From the IMG/VR virus record IMGVR_UViG_3300006735_005646, positions 1-60,578 of that record: DNA of 60,578 nucleotides; one strand, given 5' to 3'. This DNA comes from a virus. Taxonomy: Duplodnaviria > Caudoviricetes. Below the pieces are notes generated by a model. The model made no database searches, was not told the DNA's origin, and saw only the letters and a list, made by a program, of their open reading frames with translations. Made by a program: the position numbers and the translations under genes. Positions 1 to 8,300 of this stretch are shown one piece after another. How positions within the stretch are numbered: position 1 is the stretch's first letter; every line of letters starts with the position of its first letter.

Positions 1-2
1 AC

Positions 3-314
3 GAAAACAAAAGCAGCAATCCAATGCACGCAGACGGAAAACCGGACATGAGCAAACCAGTGACAGATAGTGTAGACGAGATCGTAGCAAAGGCAGCAGC
101 GGCACTTGGTGCAGGTAAAGCATTCGGTGGTTGGACTGATGCAGTCGAGGAAGGTAACAATTCACCACTCGTCAAGACTGGTCCAGACTCATCCCGTCCA
201 ACTAAAGATCAGCAATATACCAAGACTATTCGTCCTTCTGATATTGGTAATACAATGTCAAGAGTCAGAAATATTGCAAAACGCACAATGAACAGCGTAA
301 AAAAAAACAAGTGA
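3..314 (+). CDS. 5'-truncated hypothetical virion/internal protein
   Basis: Frame is open from the window edge; contains the module DSVDEIVAKAAAALGAG with an X-X-E site; ends just after a 9-A run (299-307). Confidence 0.6.
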   Translation, partial: ENKSSNPMHADGKPDMSKPVTDSVDEIVAKAAAALGAGKAFGGWTDAVEEGNNSPLVKTGPDSSRPTKDQQYTKTIRPSDIGNTMSRVRNIAKRTMNSVKKNK

Positions 315-454
315 ATGAGATTGCTTTCCTTGCACCACTTGCAATGAAGGCTGCTGGTATGGTAGGAAGACACCTAGCAGGGAAAGCAGTGGGTAAAATG
401 TTCAAGAAAAGCAAAACTGCTGGTGAGGATTCAACGGTGCCAAATGAACAGTAG
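311..454 (+). CDS. short ORF VNEIAFLAPLAMKAAGMVGRHLAGKAVGKMFKK..., probably the -1 frame continuation of the upstream gene
   Basis: Read by hand; resembles the QLDEIAPLLLG module of the next gene; stop TAG at 452-454. Confidence 0.5.
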   Translation: MNEIAFLAPLAMKAAGMVGRHLAGKAVGKMFKKSKTAGEDSTVPNEQ

Positions 455-455
455 A

Positions 456-1364
456 ATGTACAACCAACATCAACTCGATGAGATCGCTCCGCTTCTTCTC
501 GGCATCGGTTCTGCGGCAGCAAGGTTAGCACCTTGGGCGGCGAAAGCAGGACGATGGGCGTTTGGTGGTTCAAAGTCTGCTAAATTTGCAAGAGGTGCGG
601 CAACTGCTGCGGGTGTTCTTGGTGCTGTAAATAAGATGAAGGGTTCCGGTTCACTTGCAGGTGGAGGTGCAGAGGGTGATGGAACCAGCGGAAGAGACTG
701 GGAAGCATATAGAGATTCATCGAACACAAGGTCTCGAAAATTATCCTCCTTAATAGATCCAAGAGAGGTTGGTTACGATGGTAAACTGGGAGATGATGAT
801 GAGTCTAAAGAACCAGGTCCCCCCGAAAGACCAGATCCACGGGGAAGATACGCAAAACCAAGTAAGGAAAAAGTAATGAAAGAATCAACAATAAATGAGT
901 CATGGGCAAAAAAAATTGCAGGTGTTGCAAGAGGTGTTGCAAAAGGTGCAGGAACAATCGGAAGAGGAGCAATGGCCGCTTCAAGAATTCCTGGCGCTAA
1001 AGCAGTTGCTGGTGGTGCAGTCCTTGGTGGTGCATTAGCAGCAAGATCGAAGTTTCTTAAAAATAGAAAAGCGGACTCTTCTGCCACTTACGGTGGTGGT
1101 GGTAGCAACAATCCATATGCAAGAAGAAGTATTATGAATAGAATGACAGAGAACGAAAATGTACAAGAGGGTATCATTGGTGGTGCGTTAAAAGGTGCGG
1201 CACTTGCTGGAGCAGGATATGCAGCATACAGAGGAGCAAAGGCACTAAGAAACCCTGAGACAAGAGCAAATATCGGTGGTATGGCGAGAAAGGTTGGCGG
1301 AGCAGTTCGTGGTGGAATTTCAGCACTCGCAAGCAAATGGAAAAAGGCAAAACCAGCAGGTTGA
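456..1364 (+). CDS. Gly/Ala/Lys-rich modular internal head protein
   Basis: ORF 423..1364 with likely start ATG 456; repeated LDE/INE/VQE sites each followed by amphipathic Gly-Ala-basic helices. Confidence 0.7.
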   Translation: MYNQHQLDEIAPLLLGIGSAAARLAPWAAKAGRWAFGGSKSAKFARGAATAAGVLGAVNKMKGSGSLAGGGAEGDGTSGRDWEAYRDSSNTRSRKLSSLIDPREVGYDGKLGDDDESKEPGPPERPDPRGRYAKPSKEKVMKESTINESWAKKIAGVARGVAKGAGTIGRGAMAASRIPGAKAVAGGAVLGGALAARSKFLKNRKADSSATYGGGGSNNPYARRSIMNRMTENENVQEGIIGGALKGAALAGAGYAAYRGAKALRNPETRANIGGMARKVGGAVRGGISALASKWKKAKPAG

Positions 1365-1394
1365 AAACACAACTACATATTATGAAGATTGTTC

Positions 1395-1422
1395 TTGAAA
1401 TTTAATACAATGGAGTTATACT
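1395..1422 (+). promoter_or_regulatory. sigma70-like early promoter TTGAAA-N16-TATACT
   Basis: Sequence match upstream of the exonuclease. Confidence 0.5.
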
Positions 1423-2100
1423 ATGAATATGCAGAAGAAGTTTACACATACTAGTCCCCCCGTTGAACTCAAAGAGTTCAGAAGTTTCACAGACAATACC
1501 GGCACTCGTTTCTACGAATCGCCTGGTGGAAAGTATCCTAGTGTGACTACTGTGACTGGGTTTGAGAAGAAAGCATTCTTTGCAGAATGGCGAAGAAAGA
1601 ATCCGAAAGAGTCGAGACGAGTACTCAATCGTGGAAATAAACTTCACAAACTCATTGAGGATTACCTTAACAATGAAGACATAGATTTGCTCTCCTACGG
1701 ACCATTAGTGGCATCTTTGTTCACACAAATGAAAAGCACACTTGATAACATTGATAATATTCAAGCACTCGAAGTACCACTCTGGAGCGACACACTGGCA
1801 CTTGCTGGTAGGGTAGATTGTGTTGCAGAGTATAATGGTAAACTCAGCATCATTGACTTCAAGGGTAGTACTCGACAGAAACGAGAAGAAGACATTGACA
1901 ACTACTACCTGCAAGGTACTGCATATGCAATCATGTGGCATGAAAGAACAAACACTCCCATTCGTGAGTTCAATATCATAGTTGGATCTGAAAATGGACA
2001 ACCATGTCAAGTGTTTACTGGTAATCCTGTGAAGTATGTGCCAAAACTATACAGAACAATTCAGAATTATCACAATGCTAATCCTGCACTCCTAGTATGA
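1423..2100 (+). CDS. PD-(D/E)XK exonuclease of T4-like phages
   Basis: YPSVTTV, RGNKLH, LAGRVDCVAEY, IIDFKGS and YYLQGTAY motifs. Confidence 0.9.
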   Translation: MNMQKKFTHTSPPVELKEFRSFTDNTGTRFYESPGGKYPSVTTVTGFEKKAFFAEWRRKNPKESRRVLNRGNKLHKLIEDYLNNEDIDLLSYGPLVASLFTQMKSTLDNIDNIQALEVPLWSDTLALAGRVDCVAEYNGKLSIIDFKGSTRQKREEDIDNYYLQGTAYAIMWHERTNTPIREFNIIVGSENGQPCQVFTGNPVKYVPKLYRTIQNYHNANPALLV

Positions 2101-2106
2101 ATAATG

Positions 2107-2114
2107 TATAAATA
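2107..2114 (+). promoter_or_regulatory. T4-type late promoter TATAAATA
   Basis: Exact consensus in the intergenic gap. Confidence 0.7.
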
Positions 2115-2145
2115 GTTTCATAGAAAGCCATTATTGGAGAATGAT

Positions 2146-3501
2146 ATGAAAACATTTAGAACATTGCTTAACGAAATAATGTCTGTGAATAATTCTGGAT
2201 CAGCAGATGCGGGTACAGATTCCGGTGGTATTGCAAACATAATTAGTTCAGATGGTAAAGGTAGTGATGGTAAAGGAAATGTCATCCCATCGAAACCTAA
2301 TGCTTCTCCGCCTACTGGAAAAATACGAAAAGCAGGTATAGGTTGGGGACTCGACGCAGAACAGTATAGTAATCTTGTTGCACAAGCAAAGGCTTCTGGA
2401 ATCGAGTTTGATGAATCAGATCCTAGCAACATAATGAGAGCAATAAATCAGAAAAAACTTAAAGACTTAGTGCAATCCTCAAAGGAACTGGCTAAGTCAT
2501 TCTCCACATCAATTGATTTTGAAGGAAGAGATGACAGGGGACTCGAAGATTTAGACAAAGCAAAGGCCGACTTTGCTAAACATGCAGAATCGGTTACAGA
2601 CAAAATTCATAAAACCAATTCTGAATTGATGACGAATAGGTGGTCTAAACCAGGCGACTTCAACAAAGATAATGCAGAAGATTATGTTGGATGGGACATC
2701 AAAGATACTGGTGAAGCACAACAGAGAAGTAATCCTTCTGGTGGTCCCGATGAACCTGATGATCCCAATGACGAAGAGCAGGATGAAAACGAAGAGCAGG
2801 ATGAAAACGAAGAGCAGGATGACAATGATGTAGATCCTGATAATGACTTCACTCCTCAACAAAATCAACAGTATCGTCGATGGAGACAGGATCAACTAAA
2901 TCCGAATCAACGACCAGATAAATATGCTCCTAGATTCCCTAACGATCCTACAGAGGGTAATCCTGTTGAAACACATCCACTGGATCCCGGCTACACCATT
3001 CCTCAAAATGCTAAACCCGTTAAACCGAATTATTATCACCGTGACAGAGTTGATCCGAGTCAATTCGTTCCGTGGGATGATCTCAACAATGATCCAAATC
3101 ATCAGCAGCCGGGATATGAAATGCCTAAGCCTAAACCACCGGGATATCAAATAGCACCGCACTGGTGGAGTCCCCTACACGGTAAACCAAAGCCGATAGA
3201 TCCGAATGATCCCGATTTACCCTTCCCAGGCTTACCGTATGTGAACCCGAAGCCGGCGCCCCACAAACCAATCGGGCCCCCGCACAGGCCTTGGTGGGAT
3301 TACATCAGACAGTTCTTTAATCCGTACAACGGACCCGGCGAAGCAACTCCGGGGTTTAGTTCTCCATCCGGGCCCACATGGCCAAACTACAATCAACTTC
3401 CCAACAGGCCGAGGATGCCGTTTTACTTTGGAAAAAATGAAGGAACAATAGTGAAAAAGACTATGAAATCATTCATGGAGTACATTTCAGAAACATCATG
3501 A
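2146..3501 (+). CDS. Pro/Asp-rich low-complexity protein with CTS-like N-terminus (MKTFRTLLNE)
   Basis: ORF 2134..3501 with ATG 2146 after GGAG; acidic repeat followed by a Pro-rich C-half. Confidence 0.75.
   Translation: MKTFRTLLNEIMSVNNSGSADAGTDSGGIANIISSDGKGSDGKGNVIPSKPNASPPTGKIRKAGIGWGLDAEQYSNLVAQAKASGIEFDESDPSNIMRAINQKKLKDLVQSSKELAKSFSTSIDFEGRDDRGLEDLDKAKADFAKHAESVTDKIHKTNSELMTNRWSKPGDFNKDNAEDYVGWDIKDTGEAQQRSNPSGGPDEPDDPNDEEQDENEEQDENEEQDDNDVDPDNDFTPQQNQQYRRWRQDQLNPNQRPDKYAPRFPNDPTEGNPVETHPLDPGYTIPQNAKPVKPNYYHRDRVDPSQFVPWDDLNNDPNHQQPGYEMPKPKPPGYQIAPHWWSPLHGKPKPIDPNDPDLPFPGLPYVNPKPAPHKPIGPPHRPWWDYIRQFFNPYNGPGEATPGFSSPSGPTWPNYNQLPNRPRMPFYFGKNEGTIVKKTMKSFMEYISETS
2771..2824 (+). repeat. 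3x 18-bp tandem repeat (ACGAAGAGCAGGATGAAA) encoding NEEQDE-type units
   Basis: Seen directly; in-frame coding repeat. Confidence 0.9.
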
Positions 3502-4700
3502 AAGGGTTCTTGGAGTTCATCTCGGAAGCAGCGAAGAATGTCCACATGACACATGTTGAGGACTTGGTGTTTGAGGGCAGTAAAAGAGCAGAGGAAGCAG
3601 TTTCATTTTTGGAAGAGATTGCAAAGATGCTCGATGGTAACAGCAAGTCCAGAACAAATGCAACAGTCAAGTGGGACGGTGCGCCTGCAATTGTATGTGG
3701 TATCAATCCAGAGAATGGTAAGTTCTTTGTTGGTTCAAAGAGTGTATTCAACAAGACACCGAAGATTAACTACACCATTTCTGACATACGAAAGAATCAT
3801 AAAGGTGGAGTCGCAGATAAACTGGCAGTAGCATTGAAGTACCTGAAGAAACTTCCCATCAAAGGAATACTCCAAGGTGACATGATGTTTGGACCGGGTG
3901 ATATAAAAACGAAGAACATCAATGGTGAATCACACTACACCTTCGCACCAAATACAATTACATATGCACTACCCGTTGACTCTGATGCCGGTAAAAAAGT
4001 TAACCGGGCGAAGATGGGAATTGTGTTTCACACAACATACACTGGTAGCAGCATGTCTAAACTGTCTGCATCGTTTGGTGCAAACGTAAAGAATCTAAAA
4101 AGAAATAGTTCCGTTTGGGTTGATGATGCAGATTTCAAAGACGTAAGTGGAACAGCAACACTAACAAAGACAGAATCAAGTTCACTCTCCTCCGTACTAT
4201 CTACAGCAAAGGGTCAATTAAAATCAGCAAAATCGTTTTTAGATGAAATTGCAATGAACAAGAAAGTAATTGACAATGTAAATATTTACGCCAACTCTAA
4301 AGTAAGACAAGGTTCAACAACTCTTTCTACCAAGGAATTCATAACATTCATGAATGACAAAATACAGAAAGAAATTGACGGTCTTAAATCTGAAGAGGCA
4401 AAGAAGAGAAGAGAATCAACAAGGGATCAGATGGTAACATATCTAAATACCAAAAATAAAGAACTGGATTCTGTCTTCTCTTTACATGCCTCACTTACAG
4501 AAGCAAAGATAATTCTTGTAAGGAAATTAGAGTCGGTGAAGTCAATTGGAACATTCATTCAAACCTCGGATGGTTTCAAGGTGACTGCACCAGAGGGGTT
4601 CGTTGGTATTGATAAGTATACTAGTAATGCAGTGAAACTTGTTGACCGTTTAGAATTTAGTAAAGCCAACTTCACTGTACCAAAAAACTGGTCTAAGTGA
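3498..4700 (+). CDS. DUF6267-like protein (KxDG ligase/nucleotidyltransferase-like motif) with CTS-like N-terminus
   Basis: KNVHMTHVEDL, TVKWDGAPAIVCG, LQGDMMF, PEGFV and KLVDRLEFS motifs, typical of marine T4-like phages. Confidence 0.8.
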   Translation: MKGFLEFISEAAKNVHMTHVEDLVFEGSKRAEEAVSFLEEIAKMLDGNSKSRTNATVKWDGAPAIVCGINPENGKFFVGSKSVFNKTPKINYTISDIRKNHKGGVADKLAVALKYLKKLPIKGILQGDMMFGPGDIKTKNINGESHYTFAPNTITYALPVDSDAGKKVNRAKMGIVFHTTYTGSSMSKLSASFGANVKNLKRNSSVWVDDADFKDVSGTATLTKTESSSLSSVLSTAKGQLKSAKSFLDEIAMNKKVIDNVNIYANSKVRQGSTTLSTKEFITFMNDKIQKEIDGLKSEEAKKRRESTRDQMVTYLNTKNKELDSVFSLHASLTEAKIILVRKLESVKSIGTFIQTSDGFKVTAPEGFVGIDKYTSNAVKLVDRLEFSKANFTVPKNWSK

Positions 4701-4725
4701 AAGTTGACTGTTGAAGGAGAAAGAT

Positions 4726-5073
4726 ATGAACAAAGACTTAGTAAACAGAAGAAACAGTAAAACATGGGTTAAAATGAACGATAACAGCAAGTCCCATGTA
4801 TGGAGAGGTAAATTTGTTGAAGAACATGGTGGAGAATTTGTAAAAAAAGGTAGGTTCTGGGAGTGGCAAACTATACATAGTAGTGAATCCCAAGAGGTGA
4901 TTGAAAAGACGCCGATGTATGAGTTTAAGGATAATGAAGGTAAAACGCATTTAGTTGATAATCTAATGAAGTTTTGCCGGGAAAACGACTTAAACAAATC
5001 AGCCATCTATAAAGTGATGGGAGGCGAAAGGAAGCACCACAAAGGATTTACTTGCAGGAAGGTTTATAAATAA
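4726..5073 (+). CDS. small protein with homing-endonuclease-type C-terminal DNA-binding module
   Basis: NLMKFCRENDLNKSAIYKV...HHKGF resembles the module at GIY-YIG/HNH C-termini; no catalytic motif; AAGGAG SD. Confidence 0.6.
   Translation: MNKDLVNRRNSKTWVKMNDNSKSHVWRGKFVEEHGGEFVKKGRFWEWQTIHSSESQEVIEKTPMYEFKDNEGKTHLVDNLMKFCRENDLNKSAIYKVMGGERKHHKGFTCRKVYK
5065..5072 (+). promoter_or_regulatory. T4-type late promoter TATAAATA
   Basis: Exact consensus upstream of the 40-aa ORF. Confidence 0.7.
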
Positions 5074-5090
5074 TCATTTAGGAGAAACTC

Positions 5091-5213
5091 ATGGAATTTT
5101 TACACTCAGCACTCGGAACAGTATTTTACACAATCGTTGTATTTGTCGCTGGCGCCTTGATAGGAACGCCTCTGTGGACCTGGGTAAAAACAAAATTACC
5201 GTGGAGTAAATGA
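5091..5213 (+). CDS. 40-aa single-pass membrane peptide MEFLHSALGTVFYTIVVFVAGALIGTPLWTWVKTKLPWSK
   Basis: Below the ORF-track cutoff; AGGAG SD, ATG..TGA, hydrophobic core. Confidence 0.75.
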   Translation: MEFLHSALGTVFYTIVVFVAGALIGTPLWTWVKTKLPWSK

Positions 5214-5220
5214 TAAAATA

Positions 5221-5296
5221 AACCCCACCGACTTTCAGTTTTTGAGAGGAGGTGGTCCAGATATAACTGAACCTACGGATGAAAGTCGGTGGGGTT
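5221..5296 (+). ncRNA. candidate structured RNA: 17-bp stem with a 42-nt loop complementary to the 16S rRNA 3' end
   Basis: Perfect inverted repeat 5221-5237/5280-5296; loop contains GAGAGGAGGTGGTCCAG-N11-CCTACGG. Confidence 0.7.
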
Positions 5297-5303
5297 AAAA
5301 TAC

Positions 5304-5346
5304 AAAACTGGGGAGTGTACTTGTATGTATACTCTCCAGTTTTTTT
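5304..5346 (+). terminator. intrinsic terminator
   Basis: ACTGGGGAGTGTAC/GTATACTCTCCAGT hairpin followed by a T-run. Confidence 0.75.
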
Positions 5347-5378
5347 ATACATATAGGGATGCATTTAGGAGTCTTTAA

Positions 5379-8300
5379 ATGAAAAAAATTGTTTTTACAT
5401 TCGGTAGATTCAACCCACCTACTACTGGTCATTACCTACTTGCCACTCGCGTGAAAGAAGAGGCGAGAAAAAGGAATGCTGAATATAGGATTTACGGTAG
5501 CAACACCAAAGATCCAAAGAGAAATCCCCTCTCACCAACAAGCAAATCAAAATTCATGAAGAAGGTTCTGAACGATAGAAACGTCGTGGTGAACAAGGAC
5601 TCTGGTAATCCATATGCAGTGCTTCAGAAATTGAGTGCAGAAGGATATAGTGATGTCACTATGGTAGTGGGTTCCGATAGAGTTCCTGAATTCAAAAGAG
5701 GAATCAAGAAGTATATTGGCAAAAAGGGATACGAGAACATCAAAAATTTTGAAGTGGTATCTGCTGGTGATAGAGATCCAGATGCAGAAGGTGTTGAAGG
5801 TATGTCTGCATCTAAGATGAGAGCAGCGGCAGCAGAGGGAAATATAGATGCGTTTCGGTTGGGAGTCCCATCTCATGTGTCAAGTAAAGATGTGATGGAT
5901 TTGTTTTATGCAGTCCGAAGAGGTATGGGTATCCGAGGAAAGATTGAAGAGTCGTGGTTCAACTATGACGAGTTTGCAGAGTTTGTCAATGAACAATCAG
6001 AGTTGAACGAATTAACACTTCAGGCAAGAAGAAAACTTTCTATGCGTATGAAGAAGACTGCAAAGAAACGTGCTAGGGTTAGAAAACTTCGAGAGAAGAG
6101 AAGAAAAACAAAAGTACAATTGGTTGCAAGAGCAAACAAGCAAGCGATTAAGAAAATTCGCTCAAGGTTTCATAAGGGTAGATCATGGTCTGAAGTTTCA
6201 TTCATGGAAAGAGAAAGAATCAGCGAAAAACTAAAAAAGAAGAAGAAAGCAATTCAAAGAATTTCAAAACGACTCATTCCTGCAATGAACAAAGCAGAGA
6301 AGGAAAGACTAGATAAGGTTAGAAAACGAATGACTAGTAAAGATCCTGTAAAAGCAATCGCACCGACTAACGAACACATCGACATCATGTTTGAAGAATA
6401 CTTGGAGGAGATAGCAGTTCCGAGAGCGAGACCTAGAGACAAAGTTTCTAGTAGAGTTGCGGCACAGGATAAGGTAAATAGAGAAAAGCAAAAAGCACAG
6501 GACAGAGGACTGGATGCTAAGAAGGTAGATGCAGCAAGAAAAAGAGGTGAACGAGCAGACGGTAAAACTGATAATCGTTCTGACAAACAGAAAAAGTTTC
6601 CCAACCTACAACCAACCGATCCTGTAGAAATACAAAGAGGAGATGAGGTTGAGATTGTTCTATTCAAAGATGCCAAAATAGATCAAATCAAATCTTCAAA
6701 ACCAGTAAAACCAGGTCAAGCAAAATCAATTTCAAATAAGCCAGGATTTGTTTGTGGTGAAACAGCACAATCATTGGGTGTCAATTGTGACAAGGTTGCA
6801 CAGGCGCAACAGACAGAAAAAGGACAACAGGGACAGCAAGCACCAGAACAGGAAGTAAATCCAGAACTACAAAAGGCGTCCGATGCACAACAAATTGCTC
6901 AGTCAAAACTTAGCACTGCTCAAGCAAATCAACAACTTGCTGACATGGAAGCACAGCAGCAACAACAAAAAGATGCAAGAGAAGCAGAGTTAGCACAAGC
7001 ATACAAAAACCCATATGCGAAACAATTCGGAATTGAAAGCAAACCCCTACCCAAAGGGAAGAAAGATAAACAAAAGGGAGACACATTCCCCTCTTCTGGA
7101 CACAAGGCGGTAGATGCAGAGTTCGCTCTAGTCGCTGCTGCACATGGTTGTCACGATTTGACTGGTAAAAAAATGAAAGCATGTTTAGATGCTGCGGACA
7201 TAAGTGCAGGAGATCAAAAAATATTAGCACAGAGTGTGACACTAACAGGTGCTGGTAGAAGAATGTGGGATACTCTGGGTAAACTTATACCAGAAAACTT
7301 TGAAGCAAAACACTATGGTAAGGGTGGACCTCCTATCACTTTGTCTGACACTTGGCAAAGAAATAAAGCAGGAGATAAAACACCAAAGACTGATTTGTAT
7401 TGGGAAGATAAAAAGACCGGAGAGTCAATAAGAGCATCAATGAAAATTGGTGATGGACAACTCATGTCTGGTGGTGCAGAAGAATCCATGGCAACACTCG
7501 AAACTGCGATGAACCGTATGCGTGGTTGCAAGGGAGTCGATAAAGACGGACAAGGAACTGATTGCAAACGAACTCCAATGTCAGGTGAAGCGAAAGCAAT
7601 AAAAGCGATTCAATCAATCAAAGAGGACATTGCTAAATCATACGACAGAGATAGTCTTGGTGCGGGTATGGGTCCAACGTCATGGTGGTTGGACGGTGGT
7701 GTCGTAAAAACACCAGGCGATAGAGAACCAGATTGGTGGAAGAAGGACGGATCACCAGGCTCCAAGGGTGTCAAGTGGAAAGATGTAGTTGGTAAACCAC
7801 CAAACAAAGCAGACTTTCCAAACTACAATGAAAAGACAATCGATAGATTGAAGAATGCAAACTCTTCTCATAAGAGGATCATGGGTAATATTGAAAATCT
7901 ATTCGAGGAGAGTGAAGAGTTCAAGAGACATGTAATTTACGAATCATTAACTGGTTGTGGTAAATTCTGTGGTTGTTGTGGTCAGGATGTGTGTAATGAT
8001 TGTCAAGAGAAAGCAATGGCGACTCACATGGTTACTGCTGAGAAAGATGGAACAAAGGCAGCACTCACAGAAATCGGTGGACCGAATAGTCCGTTCGTAA
8101 CTAAACTACTGAAGCAAGTGAACGTATCCGTGCGTCTCAAGAGCAGTCAAAAAATATCCAAAGCAACCGGGAAAGAAGGAAACTATAGTTGGTGGTCTGT
8201 TCTTGGACTCACCACAAGTGGCGGATTCATGGGTGAAGAAAATGTACAGGCATTTCTTGAGTTCAATGGTGATACAGAACATCCAAAAAACCAAGTGAAA

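Noticed and set aside
1423-2100. Cas4 of a CRISPR system
   Set aside because: Lacks the Fe-S cysteine set; no cas genes or array; matches the common T4-like exonuclease.
2771-2824. CRISPR-like array
   Set aside because: Direct tandem coding repeats with no spacers.
4726-5073. Active homing endonuclease
   Set aside because: No GIY-YIG or HNH catalytic motif; only a DNA-binding-like tail.
5244-5278. Fragment of a real 16S rRNA gene or contamination
   Set aside because: Only two short blocks match, the 11 nt between them are unrelated, and the flanks are a phage stem and genes; not an rRNA gene remnant.
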